A stretch of DNA of 62,654 nt from an uncultured Bacilli bacterium (GTDB lineage Bacteria > Bacillota_I > Bacilli_A > RF39 > UBA660): assembly GCA_944358735.1 (NCBI GenBank), contig CALVRT010000081.1:1-62654 (forward strand). The letters are read 5' to 3'. The notes under the pieces were generated by a model, which was not told the origin of the DNA, did no database searches, and worked only from the letters and a program-made list of their open reading frames with translations. The position numbers and the translations under genes were made by a program. Shown here piece by piece: positions 1 to 9,044 of the stretch (position 1 is its first letter; each line of letters opens with the position of its first letter).

Positions 1-198
1 AGTAGAATTTTGTTTATTCATGACACTAACCGCTTCCGTATAAGTTGAATAAGTCCCGACAGTTTTATTACCTGCTGTTCCCGAAACCATAACAACTGAA
101 TAAGCTCTAGCGGCTTCGACTTTAAAAGCTGGCAGAAACGGTCCGAAGAAAGACACTAATATGAGAAAACACATCAAGACATTTACTAGTTTTTTCAT
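1..198 (-). CDS. 5' end of a secreted protein of unknown function; the ORF runs off the left edge
   Basis: ATG at 198..196 follows GGAGG (ggaggctggttatctATG). The N-terminus MKKLVNVLMCFLILVSFFGPFLPAFKVEA reads as a Sec signal peptide. The frame stays open to position 1. Confidence 0.5.
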   Translation of the reverse strand, partial: MKKLVNVLMCFLILVSFFGPFLPAFKVEAARAYSVVMVSGTAGNKTVGTYSTYTEAVSVMNKQNST

Positions 199-357
199 AG
201 ATAACCAGCCTCCTTATCTTCTATAACAATTATAACAAAAATCCTATAAATTTACAATAAACGACATTTTTAAGCATTAAAAAATGTCAAGAATTGACAA
301 GCTATTTATTTACTAATATAAGGGTATTTGCTATAATGAGGATAAGGGGGATATCTT

Positions 358-1122
358 ATGAAAAATAAAAATATTTTAGAATTATTTAAAGAAAGTTTAA
401 AAAATAAAAATACTTATATTCCTAATCTATTAACCGCTTCAAGGTTGGTAGGTGCTTTTATTGTTCCTGGATTATTTCTAACCGGCAATATTCCTGGGGC
501 AATTATTGCGGTCACGGCTTTTGCAGCTACAGATTTTTTCGATGGCAAAATTGCCAGAAAATATGACGGTTTTAGCGAATTTGGCCGAATTTTAGACCCA
601 ATTGCTGATAAGGCATTTGCTATCATCCCTTCCCTTGCTATTTTACCAAGCGTTCCAATTCTTGCTTTAAATATTATTCCGGAAGCGGTTATTGCTTATA
701 TTAACACTAAATCATATACCGAAAACGGACACCCAAAAAGTTCCTTTTTAGGCAAGTTTAAAACTTTTTGTTTATTTCCAACCGTGGGCCTTTGCTATTT
801 AAATGCGGCTCTAAACTTACCAATTACTAATATTTTAACTACCGCTTTTTGTATCGGTACTTTAGGAGTCCAAGGTTTAACCGCTAGAGATTACTATAAA
901 AAAGCCAAAGATGAAGCTAAAAATGAGGTAAAAGAAACCGAAGAAGATTTAGAAAAAGATGAGAAAACTACTGAAGAAGATTTAAGTTATCAAAATGAAA
1001 AATCATATGAAGTAAACGCTACCTTTCAATATGAAAATGATTATGAAGATATTACCCAAGTAACCTATAACAAACCTAAAACATTAAAAAAAGTAAGGAG
1101 ATATTATGCTAAAAAAAATTAA
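358..1122 (+). CDS. CDP-alcohol phosphatidyltransferase (PgsA-like) with an acidic low-complexity C-terminal tail
   Basis: DFFDGKIARKYDGFSEFGRILDPIADK fits D-G-x2-A-R-x8-G-x3-D-x3-D. Several hydrophobic helices. RBS aagggggatatcttATG. TTGACA (294-299), 17 nt, TATAAG lies upstream. Confidence 0.85.
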   Translation: MKNKNILELFKESLKNKNTYIPNLLTASRLVGAFIVPGLFLTGNIPGAIIAVTAFAATDFFDGKIARKYDGFSEFGRILDPIADKAFAIIPSLAILPSVPILALNIIPEAVIAYINTKSYTENGHPKSSFLGKFKTFCLFPTVGLCYLNAALNLPITNILTTAFCIGTLGVQGLTARDYYKKAKDEAKNEVKETEEDLEKDEKTTEEDLSYQNEKSYEVNATFQYENDYEDITQVTYNKPKTLKKVRRYYAKKN

Positions 1123-1882
1123 AAATTGGTCTAAAGATTTTGATAAGAAAACTTTAGCTGTTTATTTTACATTAAGGCTTTTAGTCATTATTGTTTTAAT
1201 CATTCAACTTTTACATCGTAATTGGGAAGCTGCTTTCTTATGTATTTTAACTTTAATTTTATTTTTAATTCCCTTTTTTATCGATAAAAGACTTAAAATT
1301 GACCTGCCAACCCCTTTAGAAATTACCATTTTATTATTTATCTTTTCCGCTGAAATTTTAGGCGAAATTAGAAATTTTTATAGCTTGTTTCCCTACTGGG
1401 ATTTACTTCTCCATACTTTAAATGGTTTCTTATGTGCCGCAATTGGTTTTTCACTTATCGATATTTTAAATAATTCATCAAGACTTCACCTTAATTTAAG
1501 CCCTATTTTTGTCACTTTAATCGCCTTTTGCTTTTCGATGACAATTGGGGTATTATGGGAATTTTTTGAATATAGCGCGGATAAATTACTTGGCTTTGCT
1601 ATGCAGAAAGATAAATTTATTACAAATATTTCCACTGTAGAATTTAATCCAGATGGTGAAAATGTTCCTGTTCATATAAATAACATCGACAGTACCACCA
1701 TTAATTATGATAATAAAGAATATACTTTTGAGGGTTATTTAGATATTGGTCTAAATGATACAATGGGCGACCTATTTGTTAATTTTGTTGGTGCAATTAT
1801 CTTTTCGATATTTGGTTATTTATATATTAAAAATAGGGATAAGTATAAATTAGTTGAAGGTTTTATTCCGAGAAAAAAGTGA
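1106..1882 (+). CDS. polytopic membrane protein, family not recognised
   Basis: Multiple hydrophobic helices. AAGGAG lies 6 nt before the ATG. A 17-nt overlap with the upstream gene suggests an operon. Confidence 0.6.
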   Translation: MLKKIKNWSKDFDKKTLAVYFTLRLLVIIVLIIQLLHRNWEAAFLCILTLILFLIPFFIDKRLKIDLPTPLEITILLFIFSAEILGEIRNFYSLFPYWDLLLHTLNGFLCAAIGFSLIDILNNSSRLHLNLSPIFVTLIAFCFSMTIGVLWEFFEYSADKLLGFAMQKDKFITNISTVEFNPDGENVPVHINNIDSTTINYDNKEYTFEGYLDIGLNDTMGDLFVNFVGAIIFSIFGYLYIKNRDKYKLVEGFIPRKK

Positions 1883-1922
1883 TTTTTAATAATCATTTTT
1901 TTAATGTCAAAAAAAAGCTAGG

Positions 1923-3056
1923 TTACCCTAGCCCATTAAATACCATATAAAGGATAAAAACGGTATATATTAAATACAATATCCAGCCATTGATTTTTTC
2001 AAAACTGGTTGATTTATATTTAACACCAACAGCCATTGTAGCTAAAATACCACCGATAAGCCCACCAATATGAGCCCAAATATCAATACCAGAAATAAAG
2101 AAGCCAATTAATAAGTTAATAATAACAAGTGGTATTATTTGCGATTTAATTACACTATCTAAATATACCCGGTAATGATAACCAAAGTATATAAGTGACC
2201 CCATTAAACCAAAGATAGCGCCACTAGCCCCAACACTAAAGCCTGAACTCATAAAGATTGAAAGTACGCTACCGGCTAAAGCAGAAAGAAGATAAACAGC
2301 TAAATACTTGCCTTTTCCTAAAAAACTTTCAAGCTGCATACCGATAATATAAAGGGCATACATATTAAATATTAAATGAACTATGTTGGCGTGTAAAAAA
2401 GTTCCAGTAATTAAACGATAAAATTCGCCATGAGTAACCAAATAACGATTTACTGCCAGTTCAGGAAGCAAATTATAAAACATTGAAATAATAAACATAA
2501 TCACATTAATAGCAATTAAAATATATGTAATAATCGGTTTTTTCATACTAAATACATCTTCGCTCATTCGGGCATCTCCTTCATTTTTATCGTTAATATC
2601 TTTAGTTAATTTAAGAAAAAGTTCAAGACCCTTTTCTTTAAAATTCATATTGTTATTAATATCTGGAAATGATGTTGTAATAAACTGATATTTATTTAAA
2701 TCATCTTCTGTCTTAACATTAGCAATCGCAATATTATCTTCATCAAAATCTTCTAAATGAACGTTATCACCTAAATTAACAAAAATACTTAAAGTAGTCA
2801 TTTTAAATGATAAAGTTCTTTTTTTGATGTTTTTCATTAAAACTTTAGTTTTAAATAAATCGCTTTTAAATTGTTCATTATTATGAATATAGTTAGATAC
2901 GATTCTAACGATTTTATAATCTTCTTGTAAATTCTCGAGCCATATTTCATTTTGAACGCCGTGAATAATAATAGGATTATATCCTTTAAGCGATATAAAA
3001 TAATGTAATAATTTCATAACTAGTTCTTCATTTTCGGCTATAGTTATCTGATTCAT
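1923..3056 (-). CDS. rhomboid-family intramembrane serine protease with an N-terminal cytosolic domain (GluP/YqgP-like)
   Basis: HANIVHLIFNMYALY, GASGAIFGLMG (catalytic Ser) and AHIGGLIGG (catalytic His) lie in a multi-TM C-terminal half. Confidence 0.85.
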   Translation of the reverse strand: MNQITIAENEELVMKLLHYFISLKGYNPIIIHGVQNEIWLENLQEDYKIVRIVSNYIHNNEQFKSDLFKTKVLMKNIKKRTLSFKMTTLSIFVNLGDNVHLEDFDEDNIAIANVKTEDDLNKYQFITTSFPDINNNMNFKEKGLELFLKLTKDINDKNEGDARMSEDVFSMKKPIITYILIAINVIMFIISMFYNLLPELAVNRYLVTHGEFYRLITGTFLHANIVHLIFNMYALYIIGMQLESFLGKGKYLAVYLLSALAGSVLSIFMSSGFSVGASGAIFGLMGSLIYFGYHYRVYLDSVIKSQIIPLVIINLLIGFFISGIDIWAHIGGLIGGILATMAVGVKYKSTSFEKINGWILYLIYTVFILYMVFNGLG

Positions 3057-3067
3057 AAAACGCCTCC

Positions 3068-3946
3068 TTATTCAAATTTAGTAAGAATATTTAAAAAGCA
3101 CGCCGGAAGTTCACTATCAAACTCCATATATTTTCCGGTTTTTGGATGAACAAATCCTAAAGTTTTGGCGTGTAGGCACTGACCGCTATCATCAATTAAT
3201 GGTCTTTTTGAGTATACGTTATCATTAACAACGGGGTGTCCAATATAAGCCATGTGAACTCTAATTTGATGGGTTCTTCCGGTTTCTAATTTTAGTTCAA
3301 TTAATGTTGCTCTTTTGTATCTTTTTAAAACTTTAAAATGAGTTACCGCTGGTTTACCATCGGCCCGAACGGTCATTTTTTTTCGGTCATTTGAACTTCG
3401 TCCAATTGGCGCGTCAATAGTTCCAGAATCATTAGTAATCTCACCCCAAACTAACGCTACATATTTACGAGTTGTTTTTTTCTCTTCTAATTCTTTAGCG
3501 AGTATCTTATGAGCCTTATTATTTTTAGCAACCATTAATAACCCTGTAGTATAAGCATCAATCCGGTGGACAATTCCCGGTCTTTCTTCACCATTAACGT
3601 CACTAAGGCTAGTGTGATATAAAAGTCCATTAACTAAAGTATGATGCATATTACCAGCTGCGGGATGAACAACAATGCCATTAGCTTTGTTAACGACAAT
3701 AACATCTTCATCTTCATAGACGATATCTAAATCCATTTTCTCGGGAATAATATCACTATCTTCCTCAAAATGATTAACAATTACTTCATCCCCTGTTTTG
3801 ACTAAAAAACCAGCTTTTACTTTTTTTCCATTTACTAGAACTTCGCCATTTTTAATCATTTTCGTTATTTGACTTCGACTTTCATCCATTACTTCAGTCA
3901 AAAAATTATCCAATCTAATTTCATCACTTTCCACTTGATACTTCAT
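3068..3946 (-). CDS. rluD: 23S rRNA pseudouridine synthase, RluA/RluD family
   Basis: HRIDAYTTGLLMVAKN and THQIRVHMAYIGHPVVND motifs with an N-terminal S4-like domain. I moved the start to ATG 3946 (AAGGAG 6 nt upstream); the track ORF starts at 3967. Confidence 0.9.
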   Translation of the reverse strand: MKYQVESDEIRLDNFLTEVMDESRSQITKMIKNGEVLVNGKKVKAGFLVKTGDEVIVNHFEEDSDIIPEKMDLDIVYEDEDVIVVNKANGIVVHPAAGNMHHTLVNGLLYHTSLSDVNGEERPGIVHRIDAYTTGLLMVAKNNKAHKILAKELEEKKTTRKYVALVWGEITNDSGTIDAPIGRSSNDRKKMTVRADGKPAVTHFKVLKRYKRATLIELKLETGRTHQIRVHMAYIGHPVVNDNVYSKRPLIDDSGQCLHAKTLGFVHPKTGKYMEFDSELPACFLNILTKFE

Positions 3947-4394
3947 TTTTAGCTCCTTTGAAAACATCGATAATAATTAAGATTACTCCAACAACAATAA
4001 ATATATCAGCCAAGTTAAACACTGGAAAATTATATCCAAATATATTAAAATCTAAATAATCAACAACAGCTCCATAAATAATTCTATCTATTAAATTACC
4101 AATTATACCACCTAATAATATACCATAAAGTATTTTTTGATAATTTTTAAGTTCTTGCCCTTTAATAAATAAAAAGTAAATTAAAATAATTGTAAAAAGG
4201 GAAACGATAATTAAAAATGGTGTATTAGAACTTAAAATACTAAATGCTGCTCCAGTATTAGATATTAGCGTTATATTCCAAAAATTATTAATTATGGTAA
4301 TACTATCACCCATATCCATATTTAATAAAAGAAGTGATTTAATAATTCTATCTAAAACAATTCCGATAAAACTTATTAAAATAATTTTTCGCAT
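3924..4394 (-). CDS. lspA: lipoprotein signal peptidase II
   Basis: NTGAAFS, GNLIDR, VVDYLDF and FNLADIFI motifs with 4 TM segments. It overlaps the rluD start, as in the usual lspA-rluD operon. Confidence 0.9.
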   Translation of the reverse strand: MRKIILISFIGIVLDRIIKSLLLLNMDMGDSITIINNFWNITLISNTGAAFSILSSNTPFLIIVSLFTIILIYFLFIKGQELKNYQKILYGILLGGIIGNLIDRIIYGAVVDYLDFNIFGYNFPVFNLADIFIVVGVILIIIDVFKGAKNEVSSGK

Positions 4395-4501
4395 TTAACT
4401 CACCTTATGATATTATATCAGATTTTGGTCTAAATTACTACTTATATTTCACTTAAGTTACCATATACCATATTAGATTGTAGTTCCAATATGTTTGGGT
4501 C

Positions 4502-4526
4502 AAAAAAAGGACTTGAAATAGTCCTA
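4502..4526 (-). terminator. intrinsic terminator after helD
   Basis: Minus strand reads AGGACT-atttca-AGTCCT followed by T7. It lies inside the left copy of the 38-bp repeat. Confidence 0.75.
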
Positions 4527-4540
4527 ATTTAAATATTTAT
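4503..4540. repeat. left copy of a 38-bp perfect direct repeat
   Basis: aaaaaaggacttgaaatagtcctaatttaaatatttat is identical to 7136-7173. Confidence 0.95.
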
Positions 4541-4575
4541 AAATACAAATTTAAGAATTTTCTTTAAATAAATGT

Positions 4576-6627
4576 TTAATTAAAATCTTTTTTTAATATT
4601 TTGGGCCTTTCTAAACACAAGCTTGGCTGATTATAAACTATTAATTGATGCTGCGCCCTAGTACATACAACATAATACAATTTTTTTTCTTCTTCTGTAT
4701 AATAATTATCAGGTTTAGTATATACAATAACACCATCAAATTCTAATCCTTTAGCTATATATGATGGCAAAATGGAAATCTTATTTTTTTCTATAGTGTT
4801 TTTTACAAATACATTTTCTGAACAATTAAACAAAAGCCTTTTATAAAGATTATTCATTTCTTTATCATCTTTTGTAATAATCGCTATCGTTTGCATACCA
4901 TCACTTTTCATTTTCTTTAAATCACTAATAATATCATTTATATCATCGCTTTCTCTTTTTAAAACAGGAAAACCATTTTTACCTCTTATTGAAGTAATAT
5001 TATTAATATTTAAAATGTTACTAGCAAATTCAATTATTTCTGAACTAGATCTATATGTTTTATTTAGTTCTATATAATTACCCTCGATATCAAAAATCGT
5101 TTTTAACTCTTCTAATGATTTATATGTACTATCAGGATTTATGGCTTGATTAATATCACCTAATATAGTAAAAAAAGCTTTAGGAAATATTTTTTTTAAT
5201 ATCCAAAATTGTAAAGGTGAATAATCTTGGGCTTCATCAACAACCATATGTTTAACTTCACTATTATATGGAAAATCATTTAACTGAAAATACAAGTATA
5301 TAATTCCTGAAATGTCATCATAATATAACTTATTACCTTCCCTAATAATATTTTTCCCATCTAAAAATCCTTTAAAAATATAAATCGGATCAAGGTCAAT
5401 ATTAATTTTTTCACTTAAAATATTTTTAATCTTTGTTTTATATTTTTTTAAAGGAACATTGATACTGTGACAAATATATTCAGCAATTTTTTCTATTCGC
5501 TCTGTAAAAGGCAATTTTTTATACTTAACCATTAATAATTCATTTAATTCAAAATGATTGAAATAAAAACCGTTTAAAGTAATCCCACTTTTAAAAATAT
5601 GTTTTTTTAAGTAATTTTCAAGATATTCATCTAACTCTTCTTTTGTGTATATATTCTTTATCATATTACCATTACTTAATTCATCATATTTACGTTTTAA
5701 AAATTCTGAAAAAGTTTCTATTTTTTTATACTTTTTCAAATAGGTTTTAACTATATCGTTAAAAGTAGTATTTAAAACATTTTCCTCGCCTAGTTCTGGT
5801 AAAACATCAGAAATATACTCTGAAAAGACATTGTTAGGTGAAAATATTAAAATATTATTAGACGTTAAACCTTTCTCTTTATATAATAAATAAGCAATAC
5901 GATGAAGCGCTACTGAAGTTTTTCCACTTCCAGCAATACCCTGAACAATCAAATATTTATCTTTAGTATTTCTAATAATTTGATTTTGCTCTTTCTGAAT
6001 TGTCGTAACAATATTTTTCATTTTATCAGTTGAGTGGGAAGATAAAACTTCTTGCAACACTTCATCATCAATATTAATATCATTTTCGACAATTCTTTTT
6101 AGTTTTCCCTTTTCTATTTTATATTGCCTTCTTAAAGTAATTTCACCAACTACCATTCCCATTGGTGCTTCATAACTAGCTTTTCCCATAGTATAATCAT
6201 AAAAAAGACTTGAAATTGGCGCTCGCCAATCAAAAATATAATTTTCATTTTCATTATTAAGACCATACAATCCGATATACACATTAATTGTTTCATCCGG
6301 AAGTTTAAAATCTATTCTACCAAAATAAGCCTTATCTAATATTTTTTCATATTTAAATACTTTTTTTATTTTTTTATTAGTAATCTCTACTTTAGCATCA
6401 GTATCGTTTAATAAGTTGCCATACTCAAGTTCACTTAAACTTTTACAATCATTCCATATATATTTTTTCAATTCAAAAATTTCCTGCTTTTCTTTAGTAA
6501 TTTTAACATCTATTTCATCGATTAATGTTTTAGCCACTTTTTTGACTTTGGTTAAATATTTTTCTTCTTCTTTCAATGTATTAGCATTAACACTCATAGC
6601 ATCACCTGTTAAATAATATTTTAACAT
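4576..6627 (-). CDS. helD: HelD / helicase IV-type UvrD-family helicase (RNA polymerase recycling factor)
   Basis: Walker A GIAGSGKTSVALHRIAYLLY, Walker B VVDEAQDY, and a C-terminal UvrD_C-like region (LEFDGVIVY, YVVCTRAQHQL). The long N-terminal arm is typical of HelD. Confidence 0.8.
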   Translation of the reverse strand: MLKYYLTGDAMSVNANTLKEEEKYLTKVKKVAKTLIDEIDVKITKEKQEIFELKKYIWNDCKSLSELEYGNLLNDTDAKVEITNKKIKKVFKYEKILDKAYFGRIDFKLPDETINVYIGLYGLNNENENYIFDWRAPISSLFYDYTMGKASYEAPMGMVVGEITLRRQYKIEKGKLKRIVENDINIDDEVLQEVLSSHSTDKMKNIVTTIQKEQNQIIRNTKDKYLIVQGIAGSGKTSVALHRIAYLLYKEKGLTSNNILIFSPNNVFSEYISDVLPELGEENVLNTTFNDIVKTYLKKYKKIETFSEFLKRKYDELSNGNMIKNIYTKEELDEYLENYLKKHIFKSGITLNGFYFNHFELNELLMVKYKKLPFTERIEKIAEYICHSINVPLKKYKTKIKNILSEKINIDLDPIYIFKGFLDGKNIIREGNKLYYDDISGIIYLYFQLNDFPYNSEVKHMVVDEAQDYSPLQFWILKKIFPKAFFTILGDINQAINPDSTYKSLEELKTIFDIEGNYIELNKTYRSSSEIIEFASNILNINNITSIRGKNGFPVLKRESDDINDIISDLKKMKSDGMQTIAIITKDDKEMNNLYKRLLFNCSENVFVKNTIEKNKISILPSYIAKGLEFDGVIVYTKPDNYYTEEEKKLYYVVCTRAQHQLIVYNQPSLCLERPKILKKDFN

Positions 6628-6659
6628 ATTTATAAATTTTATAAAACTAATTCAGCGCG

Positions 6660-7084
6660 CAATTTATTCAAATTTATATTGTGAATCAATAGCAACATAT
6701 TTCTTTTTATCATTATCATAATTTCTGACTTAAAATATAAATAAGCACCAGTCGATTAAATACCAGTTATTCCCACAATACCTATTTGTCCATTTTTAAC
6801 ATTTTATTCTTCAGCGACTACAACCGAATTTTTAAGTATATTATAATAAAATGTTCTATAAGAAATAACGTTAATTATTTTTTACGAATTTATTAACTAT
6901 GTTACTTTATATCTTCAAGAGCTAGCTTATACATAAGTATTGGGTCATAACAATCATAAGTATAAATTTTTTGCACGCGGGAACGTTTATATGTAGCTCC
7001 AATACTTTCAAGTTTTGTAATCATTTCTTCTTTATTAATCTTTAAAATTTTTATTTCCAATTCTTGATAATTCACCTTTACCAC
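6660..7084 (-). pseudogene. decayed CYTH-domain (CyaB/ThTPase-like) gene; only a 60-codon N-terminal ORF (6902-7084) survives
   Basis: ELEIKILKINKEEMITKLESIGATYKRSRVQKIYTYD resembles the first beta-strands of CYTH proteins. Downstream of the stop, all three frames are littered with stops for about 240 nt before helD. Confidence 0.4.
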
Positions 7085-7135
7085 CCTCTCAATTAATTTA
7101 CTTTAATTATACTATGGCCACAGTGTAATAGCAAT

Positions 7136-7159
7136 AAAAAAGGACTTGAAATAGTCCTA
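7136..7159 (-). terminator. intrinsic terminator of the kinase-like gene, overlapping its TAG stop
   Basis: Minus strand reads AGGACT-atttca-AGTCCT followed by T6. Confidence 0.7.
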
Positions 7160-7173
7160 ATTTAAATATTTAT
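7136..7173. repeat. right copy of the 38-bp perfect direct repeat
   Basis: Identical to 4503-4540. Here its last 17 nt encode the C-terminus and stop (KYLN-TAG) of the kinase-like gene. Confidence 0.95.
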
Positions 7174-8977
7174 CGATTATTCTTTTAATTTCGACATCTA
7201 ATTTTGTTTTATCGATATAATCAGCAAAACCATCATTTAGATAATGTTTAGCTATCGAAAGCTTCTTTTCTTCAAGCATAATAATTACTGGAGTTTTAAA
7301 GTTTTCATTTTCTTTTAGCTTTTTTAATACATCTAAAGCATTCATACTTTTCATTGTGTCATCTAAAATAATAATGTCAAATTTTTGGCCTATTCTTGTC
7401 TTATCAAGGCAATCTTTACCATACATAGTTCCAACCGGTTCTACATTTAATTCATTACAATATTCTTGAATACTATTTAACTCTTTTAAATCATCATCAA
7501 CTATTAATACTTTTTGAAAACCTAATTTTTTTGAATAATCAGAAATTTTAGCTTCAAATTCTTGATTTACATCATCAGCTATTTTTTGGTCTAAAACAAT
7601 AGTTACTTTAGTACCTTTATCTTCTTGACTTGTTATAAAGAAACTACCACCAAGCATTTTCATAACTTTTTTAATTAGTTTTAAATTCATATCTAAAGTA
7701 TTTGCTTGTTCTAGTTCTTCGTTATTGACATTATCATTAGAACTTAAAATATCATTAACTTTTTCTAGGCTCATCCCTTTACCAGAATCTTCAACAGAAA
7801 GAATTATTCGGCAAATATCATATTTAATTATCGTATTTACTTCTAAACTAATAAAACCTTCAGTTGTATTTTTAATTGCATTAGTTAGTAATGAAGAAAT
7901 AACTTGTTTTACTCTAATTTTATCACCATATAATTTATCTGGAATATTTTGGCTAATGTTAATAACAAAATTAATTTTATCGTTTATTTTATTTTCATTT
8001 TGCATTTTTATTTCATTTAAGGCTTGCACCAAACTATATTCTTTATTTGTTATTTTAATGTTTTTAATATCAATGGCGGAAACATCCATTATATTATTAA
8101 CCTTCATATCAGCTTCTTTGGTTTTAATTAATATATTTTTTAAAGCTTCTTCATAATATTTTTTGTCATCTACTTCTAGTGCTTTATTACTAATATTAGT
8201 AATTGTATTAATATACTCCCTAGATTCAGTAGTTAAATTAAACATAAAATTAGAAGTGCCTTGACTATTTTTTTCAATTATTGATTTATTACGATTAAGT
8301 TCTTCAATTACTCTTAAATCAGGATTTTCTAACGTAAAATACATTAATATCGTTATAAAAATTTCAACATACGAAACTAAAGTCGCACTTGGAACTATTT
8401 GCTGGAAAATTGAAACAAAAATTACTAGGGCGATATAAGCATAAATTGGAAGATATTTCTTTGCCAGCAATGACCCTTTAGTTGAAAAAATATAGTATAA
8501 ACTAATTAAAATATATATAGTTCCGGTAACAAATACCATTTTCGTACTTGGCCCATACGTGTATGTATAATTGTCAAAACCTTCTGGGAAATAATAATAA
8601 ATTGGTAATATCCAAGTAACAGCCGCACATATTAGATAAATAATCAATAATATACCAAACACTTTTTCCTGTTTATGTCTATTTCTATATTTTTTTGTTG
8701 TAACATAAAATGTATAAAAACATAAAACAAAAACCCAAGCTTCAATTACAAGTAAATACCCTTTGGCGGCTAATGTATTAACAAGTGGCATTGTATCCAT
8801 AATTTTTGCTGTTCCTAGCATACTAACTTCTATTGCTGCGCCTAATAATGTTAAAATCATTAACATACTGTAAATCTTATTTTCTACTGTATCCAATTTC
8901 TTTTTGGAAAAATACACTATCATTAACAAAACTAAAATCAAACTTGCACTAATAGTAAAATACAAAAAATAATTCAT
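7157..8977 (-). CDS. membrane-bound hybrid histidine-kinase-like protein (HATPase_c plus receiver) with a degenerate H-box
   Basis: About 6 N-terminal TM helices. N-box LLTNAIKNT and G1 box VEDSGKGMS are present. C-terminal receiver (KVLIVDDD ... DIIILDD ... DYIDK). The H-box position reads SNFMFNLTTESREYIN, with no His. Start is probably ATG 8977 (GGAGGGTGG upstream). Confidence 0.75.
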   Translation of the reverse strand: MNYFLYFTISASLILVLLMIVYFSKKKLDTVENKIYSMLMILTLLGAAIEVSMLGTAKIMDTMPLVNTLAAKGYLLVIEAWVFVLCFYTFYVTTKKYRNRHKQEKVFGILLIIYLICAAVTWILPIYYYFPEGFDNYTYTYGPSTKMVFVTGTIYILISLYYIFSTKGSLLAKKYLPIYAYIALVIFVSIFQQIVPSATLVSYVEIFITILMYFTLENPDLRVIEELNRNKSIIEKNSQGTSNFMFNLTTESREYINTITNISNKALEVDDKKYYEEALKNILIKTKEADMKVNNIMDVSAIDIKNIKITNKEYSLVQALNEIKMQNENKINDKINFVINISQNIPDKLYGDKIRVKQVISSLLTNAIKNTTEGFISLEVNTIIKYDICRIILSVEDSGKGMSLEKVNDILSSNDNVNNEELEQANTLDMNLKLIKKVMKMLGGSFFITSQEDKGTKVTIVLDQKIADDVNQEFEAKISDYSKKLGFQKVLIVDDDLKELNSIQEYCNELNVEPVGTMYGKDCLDKTRIGQKFDIIILDDTMKSMNALDVLKKLKENENFKTPVIIMLEEKKLSIAKHYLNDGFADYIDKTKLDVEIKRIIDKYLN

Positions 8978-9044
8978 ATCCACCCTCCATTACTATAACC
9001 ATTATAACACATTTTTCCCCTACATAAAAGAAAAAATAGCAATA

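Noticed and set aside
414-626. Antisense or shadow ORFs inside well-supported genes: 414-626, 6416-6616, 7725-8156, 9847-10271, 10613-10801, 13515-13988, 15808-15993, 16730-18196, 18935-19126, 25398-25616, 26804-27037, 37284-37517, 38677-38958, 39296-39727, 41967-42326, 43015-43206, 45637-45903, 48301-48501, 49332-49550, 51843-52327, 53015-54958, 56093-56329, 58446-58658, 60346-60558, 61678-61905 and 62434-62631
   Set aside because: Each lies opposite or out of frame within a gene that has clear family motifs. Their translations are low-complexity (Ser/Leu/Ile/Phe-rich mirror images of AT-rich codons). None has a convincing RBS.
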